Shown one piece after another: positions 54,613 to 64,000 of a DNA stretch of 64,000 bases. The stretch spans positions 60,140,001 through 60,204,000 of the forward strand of contig NC_092351.1 of the NCBI RefSeq assembly GCF_963676685.1. Direction: 5' to 3'. A model generated the notes under the pieces. That model saw nothing but the letters and a program-made list of their open reading frames with translations. It was not told the origin of the DNA and did not search any database. Position numbers and translations under genes: made by a program. Within the stretch, counting starts at the first letter, position 1. Each line of letters starts with the position of its first letter. Source of the stretch: Mytilus edulis (Eukaryota).

Positions 54613-55395
54613 AATAAGATGACAATAAAAGGTTACATAATTACTAGGATATTGATTCCCGGGTTTCAAGCCCTGATAGAATATCCTAAAGTATCAGTTG
54701 TTTAAACGAAGACATTTTGAAATTGTATTAATTCATATTAATTTTGTAGAATAAAACCCAGTGATTATTATATATGTGTGCGCGTGTCTTGTATATTTCA
54801 ATTTAGACCTATAGCGTTGTCTAATTGGCACTCATACCACAACCTCTTTATCTATATGTTTTTTAACTAGACAATGTGTTCAACAGAATAATAATACAAA
54901 TGGTACCAAGATACGTTTATAGCATTCTGTTTATGTTACTGTTTTCTTTAGGGGACATGTTTATGGCCTGATTAACACATGTGATTGTCTTTAATCTGTT
55001 GATCACTTTATCTTGGGGTTGATTGGTGTTGTCACTACGATTTATACGGGTCAATGTTTACTTAGCAATTTCCTTCAATCATGACTACGTGTAATCGTCG
55101 TTTGTAAAGGCTTCAGATTTTAATTTTTCTTTCTTTTTAGAAAACTTAAATCCACGAATTTAAAAACCCACGAATATGTAAATGTTGCTGAAACCACGAA
55201 AAAAATTGATACCCACGAATTAAAGTACTTTCACAGCTACTGAGTCAATGTTTATTTGAACAGTCGGTAACATTGACGAATTGTCCCTTTATTCCTGTTT
55301 TAAAATGATGAGTATTAACAAACAAATATGCTTGTTTCATATGATTCCACATATTGAAGCATACACAATAATCTGTTCTTGTTATCACATTTTTA

Positions 55396-58300
55396 TTACC
55401 TTGAACAGACAACACATGTCAGTGGATAATTTGCTTTGTACGGTGGACATTTCAAAGATCCACATTTGGTTAGAACGTTATAGAAAAGTTTACCATAACG
55501 TTCATCCACACCTCCAATAATATACTCTGGATTTATGTCAACGCACACAAACGCCGATGCAGATGCCTCAGTATGACCTCCTGACGCCAGATATCCATGG
55601 TATTCTTCCTTCCAGTCACTGTAACATGTGTTCTTCCCAGGAATCATTATAACAGACGTAGCTTGAGTTGCTCTACATAGCGCACATGGGACATCTTCGT
55701 TGTCACTATCAGAGGCAAAAAAGTTAGTATCAAATTCACCACCGTACATGAAAGCACCATCCGGCCCACTAGTCTTTACATAATTTGGATCTGGTGGTAA
55801 ACATACATATTCAGCAGCAGAGCCTGATTCACCATAGTAACCACCACCGGCATAGCCTGAGAAAATAATGCATATATATTACGTTTTCACAGGTATGGTG
55901 ATCATGTACATATTGTAAACAATCAGTCCTGAGTCAATTTGAAAGAAAACTAATGATTAAAGAGTAATGTGTGAGCTAAGAAGATGTATTGACTTTAGAC
56001 TGCAGTTTAAAAGTCCTCATTGGGTTCTTATAGCTTCTCTTTCAGACACTAACACTCTGATTTAAGTGCGAAGTAAGCTTGAAATCTCCACGATCTCAAT
56101 CACATGGTGAGCATAAGAAAAACCTGTTTTGGTTGCTATCGTCTACCGACGAAACTTTTAGGTAGGTCTACAATAATATTCAACAAAATATGTATACTCC
56201 TTTATTTCTTTTATTAAGACAACGTCCTGCCAAGAGAAATTTGTAAAGAAATTGAACAACATCAATGTTAATTATTAACTATTTTTGTAAGTGTAAATCA
56301 TTTGACCACTAAAATAAAACATTGTCTACATATGATTAACTTTGCCTACAACAAGAGTTATTGGCAGGGTATTTTTTGACTGTCAACGAATATGGTATCG
56401 GAATATGTACAACAAGCGTACATTGCACTTGATATAGATGTTTTAGAATTCAGCATAGTAAAAAACATCTGGAGGTTGTTGTCATTTTTGGTTGCATTTT
56501 GTCAAACTAAAGTGCATCAAAATGCAGACAAATGGTTCAAAAGAAACCTTTCCATTTGTAGAAAACTAATCATAAATACCAAGATTGAAAATTTGTATTT
56601 GCGCCAGACGTGCGTTTTGTCTACAAAGTTACCTGTGACACTCGATTAAAAAAAGTTTAAAAGACTTAACAAGGGAACGAAGTTAAAGAGCATTGAAGAC
56701 TAAACATTCCACAGCTAAGGTAATCAATTTTTTTTTCGAAGAAAATCCTTTGCATTTCAAGAATTCAAAGTTTTGTAAACATTTAATTTATAATTATGAC
56801 CATATCACTGATAATTCATATCAACACCAAAGTGCTGGCTTCTTGGCTAGTGATTCCCTTAGGGAATAAATATTCCACCAGAAGTGATATCGCCCAGTGG
56901 TTGTAAAAATATGCATCATAGTTACATGAACCAAGATTGGTTAAACTGTATTCTGAGTAATTATATATTAAATAATGGGCAATCTCACAAATTAGGATAA
57001 ACAGCATAGGGATACTTGTACTCAAGGAATATAAATGAGCATTGATTTCACAAATGCGTGGTTTACAGCGAGAAACAATACACTTTAAGTACTAAATTCA
57101 CAATAGCGTAAATACCGAGCTCCATTGAAAATTCTAAAAAAACAGATGCACAATATGGACTCATAGCTCAAAAGTGTATGAGAGTAGAAACTTTGTCCGT
57201 TTTTTTGTGTTTTTAAATCTTTTGCTTTTTACTGGTCGACCATTCGAGCCTTACTGGTAAAAAGATGGATCTTTGGCGAGGTTATGTATATTTTGTGATT
57301 GTAATGAACAAATTGATGCTTTCAATCAAATAAATGTTTTTACCTGAGTAAACTAATTCTGTACCATTATTTGGGCACTGCTTTCTTCCCCATCTGATAT
57401 ATGTTGCTCCAAACTCTAAAATCGACATGATAATGTTGTTGGTCGATTAAGGTAGTAATAATAAATTGCCAATAAGTTTCGATTTCATTTGTATAGAAAA
57501 CATGACCAATATTCATGTTGTATTTCAGATTGTCTAAGAATAATTATTTGAACAAATCTTATTTGAAGTTCAGTTTAGTTCAAGGTTAACAAGTTTTACA
57601 AATATAGCTAACACTGGCCGTGAAGAATCAAGTAAGAAAAATATATGTAAAGTATGATGGTAAATTTACAGTGAAAAAGTTTATAATTAGTTATCGAAAG
57701 GACCAGGATTATAATTTTATACGCCAGACGCGCGTTTCGTCTACATAAGACTCATCAGTGACGCTCAGATCAAAATAACATATCTTTTCATTAGCACTTA
57801 TGTATGTTAATGATTCTTTACCATGTATGTTTTCCCGAAAAAAAATACCTTTCAACTTATTAACATAATGTGTTTTTGTAGCAACGTGATCTTTATACTT
57901 CATAAGCATTAGTTGGAATAAAAGAGATCATGGACATAACTACCGTATTATTTCTAGAACTTTTCCCCAATTTGAAATAGATCTTGTCATGGATTCATAA
58001 AATATGCCTACAACCAACAATGACATACGACTCTTACTTTGAATACTGATAATTGATCCTTGTAATTGCTTAACTGTCTGTTCTTGTTGTTTGATCAAAA
58101 CCTGTTGTTGTTGGATTAATGTCTGATGTCGTTGGATAGATGTGTTTTGTTGCTGAATCGACATTTGTTGTTGTTGAATTGAAGACTGTTGTAGCTGAAT
58201 GGTTTTCTCCTGCTGCTGATTTGTTGCTGCCTGTTGTTTGTTTTCGGTAGTTAACTGTCTGACTGTAGCATTAAGTATCGCCACAATATTTTCCACATTG

Positions 58301-58410
58301 TTTAGTCGATTCACCAGTACATCTGGGTCATTCAGCAATAGCCTCTTTTCTTCTGTGGTGACCAGATTGACCTTAAAACAAAGAAAAAAAATTAGACACA
58401 ATACAACCAT
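55396..58410 (-). CDS. Secreted coiled-coil + short-chain collagen C4-like protein, copy E (301 aa); exons 58410-58038, 57415-57344, 55856-55396
   Basis: 373+72+461 nt = 906 nt open frame with canonical splice sites. Signal peptide MVVLCLIFFLCFKVNLVTT; 8 Gln-rich heptads; exon2 KFGATYIRWGRKQCPNNGTELVYSG; exon3 ends LTCVVCSR*. Confidence 0.9.
57721..57764 (-). ncRNA. Type I hammerhead ribozyme (intact), in intron 1 of copy E and sense to that gene
   Basis: Exact reverse complement of the 63342-63385 motif. Confidence 0.85.
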
Positions 58411-58450
58411 TCTTAAATGTCTTCTGTTACCCGTTGAGAAATCATATACG

Positions 58451-58504
58451 TTGACGCAAATTGTTTCTTATCATTTGTAAGTTAGAAAAGGTCACAAAAG
58501 GTCA
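58451..58504 (-). promoter_or_regulatory. Conserved upstream module of the C4-like genes: GATAAG box + perfect DR4 (AGGTCA-caaa-AGGTCA)
   Basis: CTTATC 58467-72 and AGGTCAcaaaAGGTCA 58489-58504. The same CTTATC-(15-16 nt)-AGGTCA arrangement occurs at 3336-3362, 9852-9879 and 24715-24742. Confidence 0.55.
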
Positions 58505-59769
58505 CACATTGTTTACAAGCATGTGATAACCTGAACGTTTGACAATAACGATGTGTATATGATAAAACAGTGTAAATTTGTTTCGATCTCCACGTGTTTG
58601 TTCCAGATTTTGTGTAAACTAATGTTATTTTAATATCATCTTAAATTTACATACAAATTTTAGATGAAAACACGCAAAGACAATTTTTACTGAAAAGGTG
58701 TTCTAATCGATGATATTGATTTTTACATTTTTAAAGGAACAACAGCCCAACCTCTTTCTGAACAAATTTCTTTCTCATCACTATTTTAACTACGTATATA
58801 TACATATTCATATTTGCGAAACAATCCTGCCAGTAAAGTCTGCCACAAAGAAGAAGAAAATATGAAACCATGAAGTCAAAACTACTTATGTTCTGTTTGC
58901 TTTTTTTTTATTCTACACCGCTTCTAGTAAACATGATACCCATACTTTTTTCTTATGTGAAATCTAAAAAAATAGATTTAAAATGTATAAAAAAGTTAGA
59001 TAGAAATGATGGTATTTCAATTCACCATAAACTTGACATTAAACAGAAACGTTTGAGTCCAGAAAAAAATGGACTATTTTAGTTCATTCTGCGTTTTGAC
59101 ATACACCATAATTTAGAGTTGTAATTCAAAACTGGTTGATGTCCTTACATATTTTATTTTAATTTTATAGCTGTATTCAGGTTCCTAAATAGAATAGTTA
59201 CAAATTGTGATGCTGTATTAGTCAGTTTTGTTCGAACATTACCACAGTAAAAATATCCTCCCAAACTGCATTCCTAATTTTGATACCAAATATAAACCAA
59301 TAAGAATGACAATAATGTCACCGGTGAGATATATAGTGGTATACCATTGAGAAGGAAATTGGGGAATGTATACATTCATTAAAATGTGAAGAGTTGCTTA
59401 TGAAAACGGGTTAATGCATGCATTAGTGCGATATAGCTAATTTGCTTTTACCATTTTATTAAACTAACTACTATATATTTGCCAATTATTTTTTTTTTAA
59501 ATCCATTTTTTTAAATTAATATTTTTTCCTCGATTTTTCTTAATATATGATATATACGAACTCTGACTATTAATTTCATATTTTTTTGGTCAATAATTCA
59601 AAGGTTTCCCATTAGGTCTCTATGTTAATTTTATTTTTTGAAGTGTTGATTACCTGATTGAGTAAGTATAAGTAGTGTAACGGCCTTCCAATCAAAACAA
59701 AAACTACATACATGTGCTGTTAATGTTTGTTTATTATGTACCATGTGACTATACCTATTTTAATATTAA

Positions 59770-60042
59770 GGTGGTACCTAACACTACAGGGAGATAACTC
59801 TGTAAAATTAGCAGAACGTTTTAATGACGTTATGTTTTATAGGGAATATCAAGCTTCTCGATGATCAAAATAAGTTTTTGTCAAACTGCTATATAACCAG
59901 TGTGTTTTTTCTGAATAAACGGTTGGTTAAAATTTTTGAAATTTTTATATTTTTGTCAAAAGTTCAAAAAAAAATACTTTGTCAAAATTTTAAGAAAATA
60001 AAACGAGCCAAATTAATTTTAGTTAAGGTGTTAGGTACCACT
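59770..60042. mobile_element. TTAA-TSD MITE (Kolobok-like)
   Basis: TTAA flanks; TIRs GGTGGTACCTAACAC / GTGTTAGGTACCACT. Confidence 0.85.
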
Positions 60043-60317
60043 TTAAAGTACACCAATGAAAATGATCAGAACTTAAGTCCCCGAGGGTATCACAACCCCA
60101 GTAGCCAGTACTTAGGTACTGGCATGAAAATACGGATTTTTTGTGTTTTTAAAATTTGCTGTTACAAAATGATAGAAATTATTATAAATTAAGGAATGTA
60201 TGTCCCTTAGGCAAAGCTCTGATCCGTTTCACGGATTTGGCTATACTTTTTGGACCTTTTGGATTATAGCTCTTCATCTTTTATATAAGATTTGTATTTC
60301 AAATATTTTGGCCACGT

Positions 60318-60361
60318 GCATCACTGAAGAGACATGTATTGTCGAAATGCGCATCTGGTGC
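60318..60361 (+). ncRNA. Type I hammerhead ribozyme (intact core)
   Basis: Stem I GCATCA/TGGTGC; CTGAAGA; stem II GACA-tgtat-TGTC; GAAA; short stem III with palindromic TGCGCA; AUC cleavage triplet (cut after 60355). Confidence 0.85.
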
Positions 60362-60667
60362 AACAAAATTGGTATCGTTAATTTTATTACTACCACTGGG
60401 TCGATGCCTCTGCTGGTGGACTATAAGTCCCCGAGGGTATCACCACCCCAGTAGCCAGTACTTCGATACTGGCATGAAAATACGGATTTTTTGTGTTATT
60501 AAGATTTGCTGTTACAAAATGATAGAAATTATTATAAATTAAGGAATGTATCTCCCTAATACAAAGCTCTGATTCCTTGCACTGATTTGTCTATACTTTT
60601 TGGACCTTTTGGATTATAGCTCTTCATCTTTTATATAAGCTTTGAATTTCAAATATTTTGGCCACGA

Positions 60668-60711
60668 GCATCACTGAACAGACATGTATTGTCGAAATGC
60701 GCATCTGGTGC
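60668..60711 (+). ncRNA. Type I hammerhead ribozyme, core-mutated (CUGAACA)
   Basis: Same fold as 60318, but G8 of CUGANGA is changed to C. Confidence 0.7.
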
Positions 60712-61779
60712 AAGAAAATTGGTACCTTTAATTTTATTACAGTTTTGATTATTGATTTTATATCATTATATAAGTTAACTTGATTAAAAAGCTTTCATGC
60801 TTTTAGCAGGGTGAGTTGTATACCAAGACAAAGAGGCTCTAAAAGGTTTTATTAAAAAAACAGACTTAAGTTAATATACATTCAGTTATTTATTAATATT
60901 CAAAATGCACATCTTGGAAGCAAACAATTTCGGAAAATAAAACATGTGTTTTATAGTTGATAAATCCTGTCATTAGTCATGTCACTAACATAACATATAA
61001 AGGTAAACATATGAAACAATATTCATTTTCCTATCCTTTGCCTATAAAGTACTGTTTTACTAGTTTATACTATATATAATATTTTTAACAGAAAATGTGC
61101 AGAATCCTATCATATATAGAACAGTTATTACAATCACATGACATCAAATCTAACTGTGTTGGCCGGTCAGGAAAGGGTCATCTTAATATTTAAATATATA
61201 GAGTCACGTGTTACAAAAAAACAAACATTAAACATGTTAAAAGCACATGTATGTTGTTTTTGTTTTGGTTGGAAGGCTTTTACACTACTGATACTTATAT
61301 GCAAATAGATAGTAGTCAAATGGACAATAGTAATGCTAGATTTTATAGAGTGAACTAGTTTTTTAACATAGAAAGGAAAATAACCTAAACATGTTTAAAA
61401 CTATGTATATTCGTGTGAGTACTGTTGTCTCACTAAAAAGTGTTTATGCTTTGTTGACAAAAGAAATAAAGGTTTATCATACAGTACAGAAAAAATGATT
61501 TGAATAAACAATTCATACCAGTAAATAATTCCTTAGTTTATACAGCAGTACATAGTCTTTTTACAAAGGAATAATGGTTGCTCCCAATAAATAGTTCATA
61601 TCAAGTAAAAAGTGGGTTGTTTTTTTTGTTGTTTTTTTTTAATAAATTGACTATTTACCCTTTTGCGGACAATCCATCCAACATGCGTCTATGATTTTAT
61701 TTTGGAAATATATACAAAGCTGTATAATAATGTATATTTCTGTTGTTTGAAACGAAGTTTGTTTTATAGATACCACTAC

Positions 61780-62385
61780 CTTCATAGACACACTAAGACT
61801 ATTATCTCTCCCCCCTGCATTTGTAATACTTGGATTTTTAAATATGAACACAATTCTTATTTTCCAAATATATTCTCGAATGTTGAATTGATTGATTGTT
61901 GGTTACTAAACGTTCAATGGTAAATATTTCAAGCCTGTTCAGGGCGAATGGAATATTAAAAAGGAAATACACACAAATAACTTGAATAAAAATATGATTA
62001 GAATTGTATTTTTTAAGCAAAATGCCGAAAATAAATGTGTACAAAAATCAAAACAAGGTTTTCGAACGACGCAACTGCGACCTGTCCTTTACTAACATGA
62101 CACAGATTGACGACAACGTTTATCATGTTTTTATAGTGAATTTATAAATCTTTCACCTAGCTAGCCCAAATGATTTATTTATCTTCACATGTGATATTTA
62201 TGAATAAGAATAATTTTGTCCTTTTAAATTTCTCTTGTTTATAACTTATAACCCCTTCTTGTCACTTACGCTTTACACTACACATAATTTATTGATATCT
62301 GACTAAAAATCGAATCGAAAGCAGATATAAAATGTTTAGTTGAAATGCCTATCTGAACAACTCAAACAAAGGGCAGGTATGTAAT
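61780..62385 (+). promoter_or_regulatory. Paralogous promoter + micro-exon 1 of a second Mab-21-like gene (donor GCAG|GTATGT at 62377; ATG mutated)
   Basis: Colinear similarity to ~41600-42260 (gcgac..gtcctttat/..tac; ccttttatatttctcttgtttataa vs ccttttaaatttctcttgtttataa; tttagt..aaatacccatctgaa...caaaatggcaggtatgt vs tttagttgaaatgcctatctgaa...caaagggcaggtatgt). The gene body would lie beyond the window. Confidence 0.55.
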
Positions 62386-63341
62386 TATAAAAGATAAAAG
62401 AAGTTTAACATAATATGTTCCTGTTAGCCAAAACTGATACTAAGGTTGAGAAATATGTTATTTAGAAAAGGACAGCATTCAGGAACATTATTTATTTATT
62501 AAAGCAGACGACAAGAGAGACGCAGGTGACAGTTCCTAGATAATTTAAAAATGTTTTTGTGCGACCGGATAAAGCGGTTTCCGTGAAAGATTATCGGCAT
62601 TTTTTACTAAGCTTATCTGAAATAATATACTAGTGTTGCCCTATATGTATGAAATACGTTAGCTAAAGGCCCGATTTAATCAGAATAACATTGTATGGTT
62701 TCCCCGTATATTTTTTTTTACAAGTTTCATATAAAACCACATTAAAAAAAAATTGCGAAGGCATATTATGTTGGATTTTCACAAATACGGAGTTAAAAGA
62801 CGCAGAAATGAATCGTCTTAAGTATAATAGTTTAATTTGTCATAGTTTTGTCGTCCATTACTTTTGTTTCTCATGATATGATCATGTATAACAGTTTTTC
62901 GTTGAAATACATAAGAAACTTCTAAACAAAAACAATACTGGTTATATTATCAAATATTGAAACGTTTTACAACAAAAAACTATCCAAAAAACAAATAAAA
63001 CTATGACAATTCTGCTTCTATTGATACCTAGTACATTAAAACCCGACCAGAAATGTTCCCACAATAATCTTTTGAAAAAACGTAGTTTTGTAAGATAGCG
63101 ACATTTTATCTTTGTTTTATAACGTTAGAAACCACCTGTATAAACACTTGTGAAACTTTATCGTAACGTTACTCGGTTTGACGTCGAGTTGCATAAGGTC
63201 GATTTCTATCCGAAGCGGCTCATAAATCGTTTATCCCAGGCATAGATTACCTTAGCCGTATTTGGCACAACTTTTTGGAATTTTGGATCCTCAATGCTCT
63301 TCAACTTTGTATTTGTTTGGTTTATAACTATTTCGATATGA

Positions 63342-63385
63342 GCGTCACTGATGAGTCTTATGTAGACGAAACGCGCGTCTGGCGT
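63342..63385 (+). ncRNA. Type I hammerhead ribozyme, second family (intact), within repeat fragment ~63234-63420
   Basis: GCGTCA CTGATGA GTCT-tatgt-AGAC GAAA CGCGCGTC^ TGGCGT. Confidence 0.85.
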
Positions 63386-64000
63386 ACTAAATTATAATCC
63401 TGGTACCTTTGATAACTATAATCATTCTTTACTATCGTGTTTTTATTTCTCGTCTAGAGATCAATCTTTATAAAAGTTTGCATGATATCTTTCAAAACAA
63501 ATGATTACCTAATATTGCAAAGACAGGAAATTTCAAAGACATTCCACAACAAATTTCACCAATTGGAGAAAAATAAACTATGAAATCAATTATTTATATC
63601 AATTATTTAACAAATAATTGAAAAAATTCTCCTTTTGAAGTTTGATATTTGTAATGCACATTTTACATCCTTTCATTCGATTTGTGAGAATAAAACCGAT
63701 TTATGTTTTCCAATTTTTGCATTTAATGACCGAATCTGCAATTTTCACACAAATTTTCGAGATAGTTTGGGATGATATTTGTAATGTAGTCTTGTAGACA
63801 CTATTATTTCAGGTAAGGGTGAATGTTGGTGCCTAATATTAAAACGGTTAAACCCGCTGCATTTGTTTACAGCAGTCATAAGTCAGAAACCTGATGTTCA
63901 GGGTCGTCGTTTGTTGTGTCTTGTTTTTTATATATATATATTAGACCGTTTGGTTTCCTAATTGAATTTTTGTACAATAGTTGTTTTTGAGTCCTTTAAC

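Larger units (their letters stand above)
60074..60740 (+). repeat. Non-LTR retrozyme: ~1.9 tandem units of a 350-bp repeat, each unit carrying a type I hammerhead motif
   Basis: Exact 350-bp period (taagtccccgagggtatcac at 60074 and 60424; hammerheads at 60318 and 60668). Confidence 0.85.

Noticed and set aside
1-58410. Calling the C4-like genes true collagens
   Set aside because: No Gly-X-Y repeats in any exon; only the C-terminal domain resembles short-chain collagen/NC1.

Overview
AT-rich eukaryotic genomic DNA with GT-AG introns and dense repeats. The repeat content, including a 350-bp hammerhead retrozyme and Penelope-like RT relics, suggests a bivalve, most likely Mytilus (inference). 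The window is a cluster of putative secreted and innate-immune genes. (1) Five minus-strand paralogs of a 3-exon gene encoding signal peptide + Gln-rich coiled coil + 'short-chain collagen C4-like' (collagen IV NC1-related) domain, with no Gly-X-Y region. Copies A (runs off the left edge), B and E are intact; C and D are pseudogenes. (2) One plus-strand gene encoding signal peptide + coiled coil + WSC domain. (3) A plus-strand Mab-21/cGAS-like (cGLR) pseudogene head-to-head with copy D, plus a homologous promoter/micro-exon head-to-head with copy E, so the two gene types appear to have been duplicated together. The paralogs differ by exact 21-nt heptad units in the stalk and by variable loops in the head domain, and they share a GATA + AGGTCA (DR4) upstream module. 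Mobile DNA includes a 5'-truncated L1/Tx1-type LINE nested in a HINE/pearl-like element (9-bp TSD), Penelope-like RT fragments, TTAA- and TTA-TSD MITEs, several type I hammerhead ribozymes, a tRNA-like tandem dimer and a long-hairpin element. All exon coordinates and alignments were read by eye and were not checked computationally.
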